From the NCBI GenBank assembly GCA_038087875.1, contig CM075989.1, forward strand, positions 15,936,001-16,000,000: a DNA stretch of 64,000 nt. Reading direction: 5' to 3'. Shown piece after piece: positions 26,870-39,795 of the stretch (its first letter is position 1; each line of letters begins with the position of its first letter). The translations under genes were made by a program, and so were the position numbers. The notes below the pieces were generated by a model. The model did not search any database. It saw nothing but the letters and a program-made list of their open reading frames with translations, and was not told the origin of the DNA. The DNA comes from Malacoraja senta. Its lineage: Eukaryota.

Positions 26870-29284
26870 ACATATTCTATCCTAAACCTAATCCAACAAG
26901 CTGAGAGGTCTTGTTCTTTGCAACTATGTCCCTATCCATACTAACAAAATTCATAAAATAATTTATCATCTAAAATATACTTCATGGGTTGAGTACCATG
27001 CTATATCAATTGTTTATTGCTTGAAGCATGGAGTAGCAATGATGTCTCCTATCTATTATTGTGTCCAGCAGTAAAGTCAAGGGAATGGCAGAGCAGGGAG
27101 TTAAGGAGATTGAGGGTGAGCTGGAAGCAGGTAGGGCGATATTGAGGACATTGTTTTAATATTGGTGAAGGGGAGCTCAAGAATGGACACAAGTAAATCG
27201 ACTCTCATTGCAGGACTTCAAAGTTGGTGCAATGGGATCAGATCATGTTGCCCTGGGAGTGCCCAACAGTGGATGAGCCCTGGGACATCATGGACCACGT
27301 TCCCCAGTAATGGAACAAATGGAGAATGATCCTGTGTGGCGTCAGCCTCGTTATGGTTACTCATGACAAAAGATATTTGGACATATTTTCAGAGTGGTGC
27401 AAAACAACTCAGAAATATTCCTTTCTGTATTTCACTCGTGAAGAAACAGATTTCCTAATTGTTAAACACTGAAGTAGATAGCTATATGCAATCAAATTAC
27501 CAGATAGTAATATTTCCCATCAGAAACGCATCAGTTATAAAACTCAACACCTCCACACCCATCAGATAAGTTATACAACGTAAAACCCACAAAAATTATC
27601 ACTAATGAGTCACCTATCATGTGTATAAATACTCTTGCAGAGGCTGGATGCTGTAATAGCTTGGCTCTCTGTTCATTTACCTCTGGAGTTTATATTCTAC
27701 CTTTGAAGGTGGGATGAAAGTCTCTTCAGTCTATTGGTTGGAAGGCTCTTAAATGTTTACTGATCTTTATATATCCAAGTTGAAATAAGCAACAGATATC
27801 ATCAGAGTCACCTGAGTCAAAAGTACATTTTATTGCCTAATAATTAAAAATAACAAACGCTCTGTGTTACCAGACTTTAGTTGATGCCTTTTCTATGTAA
27901 AATAATTTTTTCATAACTTTTGTGTTACATGAATGTAGATCTTTGTTCTCTTGCTTTCCTTCACCAGAGCAAGTTTACCATCGGGTTCTGACTTCGCCCC
28001 ATGCCTGGGAATTAACTAGCCAAAAGATTAACTTATCTACCTGACCAGATCCCTTTAGAAATATTTTCAAACATTCCTCTTTCAGGAATCTTCAGTCCTT
28101 GAAGAATGAATGTTTAATGGGAGCTCCTGGGATGAGCGAACAATTCTGCTGTTGTTTCTGTCTATCCTGAGTAACAGCATTAAAGTACAGCCGCAATCTT
28201 ATGCATTCTGCAACTGCCTAAGGTTATGGACTTTTAAAAAAAACCTGTGCAAGCTCTCTTTGTTCATGAAACCTAAAAATCAATGGTATTTCTCTTCCCA
28301 AATCCATTTGGTGGAAACATTTCCCTCTAGTTCCATGGGTTCTGAGGTGGCTGTTGACACCAATGCAGGGACTGTAGTCTCGGGTAAGGTACGGTCCTTC
28401 AATGAGAAGGGGGTAGATCATTTATGAGATTTTGTGTGTCTTCCACTATGTACACAGGACATCCTGGTGCTTCTAATGCATGGCTTCAAGGTTCTCAATA
28501 AGACCTTGGAAGCTCCTTTGCCATTTTTTAGCAGTCATGGACCAGGGAATGCCAGCAGTTAGCAGGGATGCCTTAAAGATGTCAAAGACACCATTCAGTC
28601 AAGGTGTCTTTGGGTACAACCTTGAATCTTTTCCCTTTTCCACATATTATCAAGTTTGGAAAAGGGAGTCTGTTTTGGGAATTGAATGTTGGACATTCAA
28701 ACAATGTGGCCTGCCCAACATAGTCCCTCAATATCAGTGATACTTGTCCGGGAGCGGACACTGATATTGGTTTGTTTATCCTTGAATTTGAAAGCTTTTG
28801 CATGGACAATGTTAGTGCTAATTTTCAGTACCATGAGATGGTGCTTAAGTTAGTCCAAGTCTCAGATAGAGGAGGATAACTGGTGGCCCATGTCTCAAGC
28901 ATGGTCTAAGACCTGGATCTTTAAATACCTTTTTCTCAATTGACCAAATGCAGCACTAGCTCTACTGACTCATTGTTGTCCTTTCATTATTTAACAGTAT
29001 CTGATAAATAGAGCCAGGATTTTGCCATAAATGCCATAAGTGCCAAGATAATGCCCTTTTCACGATCGAGTGCCTAAATCAGCCTTTTTTTTGCCGTTTT
29101 GCTATGTCATGCTATTTTCTCTAGTTGTACCGTGATTACAATGATGTTTTCTATGTTAACACATTAATATTAATATTATTATGAACATATTAACATAGTA
29201 TAACTTACAAGAAAATTTCCACCATGTCGGTCGTTCATTCGTTCGTGCCTCTGCCCTCTGGTTCAGTCTTCTCCAAGATCTATT

Positions 29285-29575
29285 TAAGAAAGAACTGCAG
29301 ATGCTGGAAAAATCAAAGGTAGACAAAAAATGCTGGAGAAACTCAGCGGGTGAGGCAGCATCTATGGAGAGAAGGAATAGGCGACGTTTCGAGTCGACAC
29401 CCTTCTTCAGACTGATGTGGGGGGAGGGTGGGGGGGAAGAAAGGAAGATGCAGAGACAGTTGGACTAGAAGCAGAGCTGGGAAGGGGGAGAGGAGGAGGG
29501 CGAAGACAAGGGCTATCTAAAATTAGAGAAGTCAATGTTGATACCGCTGGGGTGCAGACTACACAAGCAAAATAC
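29285..29575 (-). mobile_element. Penelope-like element 3' fragment nested in the hAT
   Basis: Minus-strand GIY-YIG C-terminal-like remnant (FCLCSLHPSGINIDFSNFR), a pyrimidine tract, and a pLTR with hammerhead core at 29383-29410. Confidence 0.75.
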
Positions 29576-29579
29576 CCAA

Positions 29580-31710
29580 GCTTGTCTCCTCACTACATTT
29601 ACTGCTGGCTGCAGTCGCAAATCGGAGTTTTCGAGTGATCTGTGCAAGGCATTCATTGATGCTGGAATTCCACTGTGGAAATTGGAAAACAAAACTCTCA
29701 GAGTTTTTTTAGAGAAATACACAGTGGAGCATATACTAAGCGAGTCGTCATTACGGAAAAATCATGTTGACAGCAACTTCAACAAAATTAGAGATGAAGT
29801 TGCATGCAACAAAATATGGATCTCAATAGACGAGACAAATGATGCCATGGGGGATATATTGCCAATGTGGTCATCGGTACACTGGAGGCAGGCCAACCAT
29901 CAAAGGAGTATTTGTTGACATGGGAAGTATTGGAGAAGTCAAACAACTCAACTATTGCTCAGTTGTTTACAACTTCACTTGTTGTACTTTGACCAGAAGG
30001 TCTAAAACACAAGAATGTTCTTCTGTTTGTGACTGATGCAGCTCCCTACATGAAAAAAGCTGCTTGTGCCCTTAAAGTTTCATTCTCCAAAATGTTGCAT
30101 TTGACATGCTTAGCTCAAGGACTTCATAGAATTGCCAAGCACATACGTAGCTTGTTTCCAAATGTCGATCGCCTAGTTTCCAATGTCAAGAAAATCTTCC
30201 TCAAAGCACCGTCACGTGTGCAGTTGTTCAAGGAAATGGCACCCGAGATTCCACTACCTCCTCAGCCCATTTTGACTAGGTGGGGTACATGGGTCTCTGC
30301 TGTACTCTACAATGCTGCACATTTTCAAAAGATAAAATAAATCGCCAACTGTTTTGAAGAAGAAGAATCTGCTGCAGTCAGGATTGTCAGTGAAATCATG
30401 CAGAAAAAGTCCGTCCACCACGATCTTGTGTTTATTGCTTCCAATTTTGCAAACTTCCCACAAGTTATCATTTCCCTTGAGCAACGTGGCGAAACATTAG
30501 TGAATAACTTGCAGGTTTTCAACAAAGTAACTAACGATATTTGTAAAATTCCTGGCGATGTAGGTAAAGACATACAAGGAAAATGTGAGAGAATGATTTT
30601 AGTGAACAAAGATCTTGAAGAAATACAAAACATAGCTAAAGTTCTCAAAAGTAGTTGTAATGCACAAGATATCAACATGAATATACAAGATACATTTATT
30701 TGTCACATGTACCAATTGTCACATGTACCAATGTGTGGTCGCCATACAGCCATACGAACAATAAAGAGCACAGATCACGATAGTTTTTAAACACAGACAT
30801 CCCCACACAGCGAGATCAAAGTTTCCCACTGTGAGGGAAGGCTCCAAAATGCAGTCATCCTCCTCTGTTGTCCTCCCGTGGTAGGGGGACTCCCGAACCC
30901 CCGCTGTCCCCGGTACGGGCGGCCCGATGTTCAGGCCCGCTTGCCGGGATAATGGAAGTCCGACGTCGGGACTGGGGGACATCCTCAGCGGCTTGGACAT
31001 CCGAATTGGCCACTTCCTACGTCGGCTCCCGACGTCCACAGGCCGCGCTGGGTGGAGACTCAACGCTGGTGGCCCTCGGCAAAGGGCCCCAGGACTCCGC
31101 GATGTTGGTCAGCGCCGGCCGTGCTGGGAGCTCTAAGAAACGCAGCTCCGCGATATTGGTCAGCGCCGGCCGTGCTGGGAGCTCTAAGAACCGCAGCTCC
31201 GCGATGTTGAAGCAACAGGCCCAGCTTCATCGGCGATCCAGGTAAGGCATCGCCCGCTCCGAGATGTATCCAGCACAGCACCGCCACTGCTGAAGCTTTG
31301 GTTCGGTCCCCGGCTGCGCCAATCCAGGTGGTAGGCCGCGAGGAGGGGGGCGAGGACGCGACTCGGTGAATAGTCGCCAGGAAGTGACTGGGAAACGGTT
31401 TCCCCCTTACCCTACCCCCCTCCCCCACATAGAAAAGCTAGAGAAACTAAAGAAACATACTTTTAAAACGAGCTAAAAAGGAAAAAAAGGAAAAACAAAC
31501 AGACTGTAGGCAGAGGCTGCCTTCAACGCGGCGCCCCACATATAGAGTCTGTAGCTTGTTTCAGGTATGCACCAGTGACATCAGCTGAGGTAGAAAGAAG
31601 TTTTTCACAACTGAAGCATATTCTGTCTGACAGACGGCATAGTTTAACACCTGATAATTTGAAAATAATGCTCGTAATTATGTGTGACCAGGCAGCTTTG
31701 GTCATTTAAT
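29580..31710 (+). pseudogene. hAT transposase remnant, interrupted at 30686-31539
   Basis: ORF pieces at 29535-29918, 30029-30340 and 30398-30685. The frame resumes at 31545 as ESVACFRYAPVTSAEVERSFSQLKHILSDRRHSLTPDNLKIMLVIMC (dimerisation domain). Confidence 0.88.
30686..31539 (-). mobile_element. GC-rich non-autonomous retroelement with LINE-like tail, nested in the hAT transposase
   Basis: ATATA on both sides (30681-30685, 31540-31544); removing the insert restores the transposase frame DINMNI|ESVACFRYAP. Minus-strand 3' end has AATAAA. 51-bp tandem repeat at 31095-31210. Confidence 0.8.
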
Positions 31711-34700
31711 GTAGTATACCTTCATATTATCATTTTTAACCATATTTTGGTGGTAAATATGTCTTTTTATGCCTTTTTTGCCAATAAATGCCTTTTTCGT
31801 GCCTTTTTTGTAATTTTATTATGCCTTTTTGCCTGCCTATTTCAGAGTTTTTTAGTGCCTAAATATCCTGGCTCTACTGATAAATGTCCTCCTTAAAAAA
31901 GCACCTTCTGTGCATCAACCACTCTTGAGTGCAATGCAGCATAAACGGATGAACGTATTAAGTAGAAATTATGGCAATGTATGGTCCTTAATGGATTGAT
32001 AATGATTCTGCAACATTACACTAGATATATACTTCAGTTCTGCACTTGGTGCGATGCATTCTAATTGTGTTGCATATAAATCTGAGTATTGCTTCTCCAA
32101 GAAAGAAAAAGGATACCAGCCCAAAATGTGCCAGTGCAGCACCTGTTGTTTTGGCACTTTGGGTGTTGAATTAGTTCCAATACGATGGACAATGTCCATG
32201 GGCTTATTTGTACCATAAACACACCAGCTGCACTGGCAAGTAAGTGAGTGCATTCAGTGTTACTTCCCGTCTCAGAAGCCTGGTGCAGACTGAACCTGTT
32301 TTCACTCAACGTGCAACTTTAAAATGAAGCAGCCACACTCAGTTTGAGTTCAATACCATGGCTAGATCATATGTTAGGGATGCTCTAACATCAACCTAGG
32401 GAGATCAAATGTGAAACAAGGAAGTAGAAACTTCCTCAGTACTGTTTAAATGGGTCACCATCACCTGCAGGTCTGTTGCTGACTGCTATCTGTTGGCTGT
32501 TGCTTTGATTGAAGGATGGTTTCCAGACTTGTTCAAAACTGCTGAAGTCTATGGTTGCCATTCATGGCTTTGACTTTCCAATAATTGGTTGGAAATAGGT
32601 GTATTATTAGGGAGGAGGGTGTGGCAGAGAGAACGATCAGATAATTCACCCGTACAAGATAAGCAGCCAAATGAGACAGGAGAGAAAGCAGGGACAAGGC
32701 ACAACCCATGCCTTAACGTGAAGCTCAAACCTTGAGAAGGAACACGAGTCAGTCACCTGCGCTTTGGGAAGGACATTCCACATGAAACATACTACAAGGG
32801 GCACATCACCATGGAGGGACATCATGTAGTGGTTACTCTCCAAGCTGGGGAATTAGAGGTATCTGTAATATAGAACATACCAGAGTATAGAAACAAGCCT
32901 TTTGGCCCACAATGTTCATGCTGAACACAATGCCAAATGACATGAATCTCCTCTGCCTGCACGTGATCCATATCTCTCCATTTCTTGCATATCCATGCGT
33001 ATATCCAAAAGCCTCTTAAATGCCAGATCACAAAGAACACATTGCAGGCTATATTACAGTGATCAGCAATGATCTCTATTCCCAGAGAACTGTACGCATT
33101 TCATCCAATTTTGTCTTGCCAACCTGGCAGGCAGAGCAAGCACACAAATTTGCAAAGAGTGTAGGGGGTGACCATAATACAGGGCATTTCTGACTGCACA
33201 TCACTTGGTAGGCATCGTATGCCAACACCAAGATGTATCGAAACTGGAAGGGGTTCCATCCCCTTGGTGCCCCCTCTTGTGAGAGCACAATTGGTGTCAC
33301 ATGCAGGTCAGTGATCAGTAACTGAACTTTGAAAACTACAGATTCTGAAAATCTGAAATAAAAAGAGAAAAGCATTGGAAGCACTCATCACCTGATACGT
33401 GTTTCCAGCATTTTCTGTATTTAGATCAGTCCCAGTGACAGGGCAGCAGTCAAAGTGATCCTGTTCTGCAGTAGATCATTTAATCAGCATTGCATACAAA
33501 ACGTGCCTGCAATGGTCTTCACAGCAATGACCTGGCCCTCTCTCTAGTGTATATCTTGCACAAACACATATGGGCAACCTACATACAAGAAGTGCCACCA
33601 TGCCACCTGGAATTTGGTGCAATCCATTGCATTGTACATACGAATGTTCTGCTCAGATTACTCTGAAGCTGCCCTCAGTATGCAGAAATAAAACTTGGTT
33701 TCAAGATGTTCTGACTATGTTGCCCAGCATTGCCTTGCTGGTTGGACACAGTGAACAGCTTCAGAGACAGTGAGTAGCTCCAGAGGAGAAATTCAAGGCC
33801 TGGAGACAACTTCGACAGTCTCTTGGAGACACAAGAGACTGCATGTGCTGAAATCTGGAGCAATAGACTCAATGGGTCAGGCAGCATCTGTAGGGGGAAA
33901 TAGACAGTTGACCTTCCAGTTCAGGACCCTTCAACTGGACTCAAACATTCAAATGTCAAACATTAACCAGTTCATTCCTGATGCTGAGATGCCGGGTCTC
34001 AAGCCGAAACATCGTCCCAACCCTTTGGCCACCACAGATGCTGCTCGACCCACTGAATTGTCCCAGCAGTTTTTTTTACCAATGCATTCCCATAGATATT
34101 GTCATCTGGCTGCCATGGTCTTTTTTGAGTGGAAAACAAAGTGCTGGAAGATTAGGCAGCATCTCCAGTGGGAAATATGCATTTAATGTTTCGGGTTGGG
34201 AATCTTTTGCAGAATGATGGAGTGGAGTGGGGGGGGGGGGGGGGGTTTGGAGAGAGATGGTCAAACCCTTCCACACCATGTCTTCCGAATGACATAATTT
34301 TTTCCAAAAAAATGAAAAGCAAGTACATAAAAGCAGGAATGGAGCAGGCTTTGCACTGTCATTCTCTAACAACCAGAACACAACATTATGTCCCTCTCCT
34401 AAATTCTGTATGGGACCTTGCAATATTATATCAATTACAAAATCGCTAACAAATGGTGAACTCTGAGCTTTGGAAATGATTGCATATAATTCACAAGAGC
34501 ATAAAGACTTTGCTTTATGGAGATTATCAGAGATTATCAGAGAAAGTTGTACACCAGTAAGCATTTGTTCTTCTAAAAAACATTTCTAAAAATAAAATCC
34601 ATTTAATTCCAAGGTACATTAATCCATGCCTCTGACTCCTTGTCATAGATTACATGGAGCCATCAATTAGCCATGAAACAAAGTGCCAGATTACTGCAAT

Positions 34701-34841
34701 CCAGTTTATATTGTTTTAAATAATGACTGAAGTATTCCCAATATGCTTAACTGCTGATCAATGTCTCTGAGATATTACCCTTCAACATCTGGAGTTGTAT
34801 ATTATGGACAAGGGATTTTCAGCAGGTGGTGGTCTTTAACC

Positions 34842-34877
34842 TGTGTGTGTGTGTGTGTGTGTCCGTGTGCGTGTGTG
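34842..34877. repeat. (TG)n microsatellite, imperfect
   Basis: Visible directly in the sequence. Confidence 0.9.
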
Positions 34878-35422
34878 GTGATTTCCTGTAAGGGCATTCA
34901 TTATCCATTAGCAGGTGGTGGGACTAAATCAGATGTCCCATAACAACAGAAAAGGGCAGGTGATGCACAATTAATTGGTGTCATTTCAACCAGATGTAAT
35001 CAGCACACCAGTGCCATGTTGCCTACACCTTGCTGGTTCAGTGTCATCAGAGCACCCACTACACCTGTGAGTGAGCCACTCACTCTCTCACTAGAGTGAC
35101 CATTTCATGTGTAGCCAGAAACAGTTCAAGTCAGAAGGTTTGCTGGTCCTGCACCGTGGTTGAGCCAGCCAGCCAGCCTGCATGGCTTAATTTGACTTAA
35201 AGAGAAAGGATTCTGTTGCCTCTGCAGATAATGGAAGTTAGGGAGGACTGCAATGTGCTTTCTCCCAACCACTGCACCACCGGCCTCCTACACTGCACCA
35301 CACTGCCATTCTTCATCAACTAGCAGAAGGGTTGTTTCTAATGGGCATGATTCATTGCTTTTACCAAAATTCAGTACAATCCATTACTGTAAAGGTTTCT
35401 TATGTTCGAATTTATATACAAA

Positions 35423-35776
35423 CTAGACTAAGTGGGACCCGTTGGGTCCCAGCTTCACACGGGAGGGCTGGTCCCCCAACACAATATTCCACCTCTCCAC
35501 CAATTAAAATATTGACGGCCAGTGGGGGGGCTTTCTGGAGCACTAGTATGGGTGTTGTGGGCTGAAGGGACTGGTTTCCAGACCACATAAAAGCACATAA
35601 ACCCACATAAAGCACATAAAGGGCACTCACAGTTCAGTAGACAGTGTTGTGTAGATTCTCAGCTCAGGCTGAGAGTCGTGGCCTCTCCCTCGCCATCTTG
35701 CAGCAACTGAGCCACATCCAGACTTCCGGGTTTTATAGTCCCTCCCCCGGAAGGGGCGTGGCCTTCATCATGGTGA
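35423..35776 (-). mobile_element. Helitron-like non-autonomous element
   Basis: Minus-strand 3' end is an 8-bp hairpin (35433-35451) followed by ..CTAG|T. Candidate 5' A|TC at 35776. The 5' boundary is less certain. Confidence 0.6.
35691..35763 (-). promoter_or_regulatory. Compact Pol II core-promoter-like module inside the Helitron-like element
   Basis: Read on the minus strand: GC/KLF box GCCACGCCCC, ETS core, TATAAAA starting at 35737, CCGGAAGT, Inr-like TCAGTT (A at 35708, 29 nt from the TATA), and YY1-like CAAGATGGCG. Confidence 0.5.
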
Positions 35777-38681
35777 TAAGTCTACTCTGCCATTCAATCA
35801 TGGCCCATAAGTCTACTCTGCCATTCAATCATGGCTGTTCTATCTTTCCCTCTCAACATTCTCTTGCCTTCCCATAACCCCTGACACCCTTGCTAATCAA
35901 GGATCTGTCAATCTCTGCCTTAAAAATATCCACTGACTTGTCCTCCACAGCCGTCTGTAACTCCTTAGATTTCTGTTTGTTTGATATGAGGTCAGCCACG
36001 TGCAAAAGCATAAATGCTCTGGTTCATGTTACCCTGCATGTCCCCTTAGTCCATATGCTGCAATTTATAATTGCTCTACTAAATTTAGGAGAAGGGCAAA
36101 AGAAGCCACAGGGAACCGAGAGAAGAAACTGTGTGACTATCACAAGTCATGGGCTAGTTCCGATGGGATAGTTAAAATTAACAGCCAAGGGGAGAAAGCC
36201 AATGACTTATATGTAGAAGTGTTTCATTGGATGTTCCCAGTGCCCATCCATGCACCTCAACATGCTTCTTCTTTTAAGATTTTTGATTATCTTTCTGCAA
36301 ACAACAAACCTTAATCCTTTCATTTGAGATTATCGATGACTGGGCAGAACATGTATTTTAAATCCCAAGAAATTAAATTAATGTTCATTTAAAAAATATT
36401 AAATTGCAAACTGATGTGTTCATCCAGATGGTCTCTTACATGAACAGAAGTCTAACGCCATAGATGATACTCACTTATCCTATTAGCTGCAGTTATTTTG
36501 TACATTAGTAATTGGGTGTGATGTTTAGAAAATTTATTATGTGCTTTTTTAAGAATTCCTCAGTGAAGCAGTATCTATATGAGAGGAATCCATTACTAGC
36601 TACAATGCTCAGATGTTCAGTGATGTTCAGATCACTACCATATATATATATGGCCTTCCAGACAGCGTATATAACTAGGAGTACCCAGGTTTGGAACTAC
36701 TGAGATGCTGACTAGGACTTAGTTCAAATGTTATAGTTTCAGAACTTGCTTTATTCTTTATTTTGTTGTTGTAAAGTAATCTGTTTTGTTTTAAAGATTA
36801 AGTGCCATATTTTATTTTTTCTGGTGTGAGCCATTTGGATTTGGAGGACACTTAGTCCTGGCCATTTGTAAAATTTGAGCCTTTGTCCTGCATGGCCACC
36901 CAGTCCATTAGCAGCATAAGATGGGACAACTGGCTGCAAATGGGAGAGGAGAGAATGGGCAATTTGGCAGTAGTTCCATTGCTGGAAACACGGCCACTCT
37001 TTGGCCTCCTCTGCCTGTATGCAAGACCATCTGCCTTCCAGACTTGTTCCAGAAATTTACTAACGCCCTTTAATAAAGAAGCTTCGTTCGTGCCTTTCTT
37101 TTCCCCAACCCTTCTTTTCACTTACGTCCACATTCTGGTAATGCTTTTTCAAATTGATGTAAGACCATTATATATTTCCTGGGATCAACAATTCCATGTG
37201 GTTTTATTTACATCATATTGTAAAGGCATATAGTGGATTTGTCAAAACCATACACTTTGGCAAGGGGCTTTTTTCCATTTAATATAATTTTCAACAACGG
37301 GACAAGACTTATTTAATAAATTGTATTCACTCGCTAAAGCATGTGGAGATTATTGTCTTGTTTCCACATTTATAATGAAAATATTGGTATTGGAAATATT
37401 ATATTGGAAGATCTACATAATTTCCTCTCCCTGTACAAGATCATGTTAATCTGAATCCTGGTTTTAACCAGTATCAATTCTGTCTCTCAGAGAAATTTAC
37501 TTTGTGATTGATGATCCTACGAATCCCAAGTCAGATTTCCAATTCAGATGTTGGCACTATAGAAAACATCTGATCATAACACAATTTACATCAATTGAAA
37601 ATGAGCAAACCCCAATTTCTGATTCAATTTCTAATTTCTCACTTGGTGGAGATAGAGCAAAGGTTTTCTAAAGACCGGGATTAAATCTTTTAACAATAAT
37701 AGAAAATTGCACAGACTGTCGTCAGCAGTCTAAAGTTTCACCATTCCACAAGATTTACATTGAGAGCATTTCTCATCTATTTCTCAGACATTTTCTTGGA
37801 GACTGTTTGGCCCATAAAGTCGATGCCAGGTCTCAAAACACACGCATCAGACCCATCCCCCATTCATTCCCTTGCAATCTTCTCTGTCTCAACCATCCAT
37901 CAGATTTATGTATGGATGATAAAATGTGCAATAGGCCTGCAGGTTTGATTCAAAGAGCCACATAATGCAATGGTTGCATGTGCATGTGCTGCAGCAGTTG
38001 GCAGGTAATGGGAAGGGCTGCGATGCTTATCCCAATACCAAATCTCACAATGCAAAGAATTCTGTAACTCCACCACCAGGAGACAATTTTAAATTGCCTC
38101 CAAAATGCATAATTCCCAGACAGACTGGCTAGATCTACCTGAATCTGTTTCTTCTGCCGAATGTGTCCCTTAGCTGAGGTCTTTGCAGTTTGATTGCGTC
38201 TGATGCAGTATTATCAATATATCAGAAGCCATTTTACATCATTATCTGGATAAACTGGACAATGTTTGTAATATGTGCTTTTCTGACTGAATTAATTTTT
38301 AACAGATTGAAATGATTATGAAAAATGTAAAAACAAATCCAATGGTCTTTGGATTAGAACACATTGTATTGTTCTTGTTAGAGATCAACCATTCTCATGT
38401 TGCAACAGAAAATTGACCTTTGCTGTGTTTCAGAATGTTTGTTGATGAGGAGTTTTGTTTGTGGTTTGATCAAACTATCACTTGCATTGATCTGTTGACA
38501 GTTTGTTGTGAGGACATGGTGCTGAAGGCCACTGTCCCTGTGGTTACTGACATTGAAACTCAGTAAAGAGGGGCCTCCGAGCAAAAAGTAAAGCCCAGTT
38601 GTCAAGTACTATGTCTCATTGTAAAATGTACCGCTCTGAAAAACACACGGAGCGAACAAGGAGCCATGCCAAGCACCTGAT

Positions 38682-39006
38682 GTTTAGTTTAGTTTAGTTT
38701 AGTTTAGTTTAGAGAAACAGCATGGAAACAGGACCTGCAGCCCACCGAGTCTGTGCCGGCCAGCGTTCTCCATACACCAGCACTATCCTACACACACTAG
38801 GGACAATTTACATTTATACCAAGCCAATTAGCCTACAAACCTGTACATCTTTGGAGTGTGGGGGGAAACCGAAGCTACTGGAGAAAACCCACACAGTCAT
38901 GTGGAGAACGTACAAACTCTGTACAGACAGCACCTGTAGTCAGGATCGAACCCAGGTCTCTGGTTCTGTAAGGCAGCAACTTTACCGCTGAGCCACCATG
39001 TCACCC
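38682..39006 (-). mobile_element. tRNA-derived V-SINE (HE1-like)
   Basis: Full-length copy; (TTTAG)n at 38683-38710. Confidence 0.85.
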
Positions 39007-39063
39007 ATGATGGGGTCGCTGGAAAGCTGCATTGGAGGCATCAGGTTGACAATATGCTTAAGG

Positions 39064-39217
39064 TGATATTTTGGGTCGGGTGTCGAGTCTGAAGAAGGGT
39101 CCTGACCCGAAACGTCACCCATCCTTTTTCGCCAGAGATGTTGACTGACCCGCTGAGTTAATCCAGCACTTTATGTCTATCTTCAGTATAAACCTGCATC
39201 TGCAGTTCCTTTCTACG
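39064..39217 (+). mobile_element. Penelope-like pLTR insertion (putative donor of the transduction)
   Basis: 14-bp TSD CA(A/G)TATGCTTAAGG at 39050-39063 and 39218-39231; intact hammerhead core. Confidence 0.78.
39089..39116 (+). ncRNA. Minimal hammerhead ribozyme motif (Penelope-like pLTR)
   Basis: CTGAAGAA-GGGTC(CT)GACCC-GAAACGTC; core intact. Confidence 0.68.
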
Positions 39218-39483
39218 CAGTATGCTTAAGGAATCTGGCATACTCCAAGTTGGAAGCCAGTGCTCCATTGCTTGGATTATTAAATCTATGCATTTGGATC
39301 CAAATGCCACAGGCACAAATAATATGGCAGGTGATTTTTGGAACACATGCTGAAGGGAAGCCACCTTGAAGATGTGAAAAGCTGCAGACTTGTCCACCTA
39401 GTTGTTCTCACCTTAATGTGGCCCATACAAGGGGTCCCCATGTTCCTCTGTGCTCCAACCCTAAGCCCAAACCAAAGAGCTGT

Positions 39484-39795
39484 GGGCAGCACGATGGTGC
39501 AGTGGTAGAGTTGCTGTCTTGCAGCGCCAGAGAGCCAGGGTTCGATCCTGACTACAGGTACTGTCTGTAGGGAGTTTAAGTACATTCCTCCCATGACCTG
39601 CATGGGTTTTCTCCGAGATTTTCAGTTTCCTCCCACACTCGATAGACATGCAGGTTTGTAGGTTAATTTGGTTTTGATAAAAATTGCAAATTGTCCCTAA
39701 TGTGTAGGATAGTGCTAAAGTGCGGGGATCACCGGTCAGCATGGACTAGGTGGGCCAAAGGGCCTATTTCTGCACTGTATCTCTAAACTAAACTA
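39484..39795 (+). mobile_element. tRNA-derived V-SINE (HE1-like)
   Basis: A-box TGGTGCAGTGG, B-box GGTTCGATCC, V-domain, CTAAACTAAAC tail. Confidence 0.87.

Larger units (their letters stand above)
29009..31876 (+). mobile_element. hAT-superfamily DNA transposon (CGGBP1/DUF659-like transposase), decayed
   Basis: 12-bp TIR TAGAGCCAGGAT at 29009-29020 and 31865-31876. Perfect 8-bp TSD CTGATAAA at 29001-29008 and 31877-31884. Subterminal TGCC repeats. Transposase motifs IDET, VTDAA, CLAQ, TRW and VERSFS. Confidence 0.93.

Noticed and set aside
39484..39560. tRNA gene
   Set aside because: The A/B boxes belong to a SINE head followed by a V-domain and LINE tail; no complete cloverleaf.
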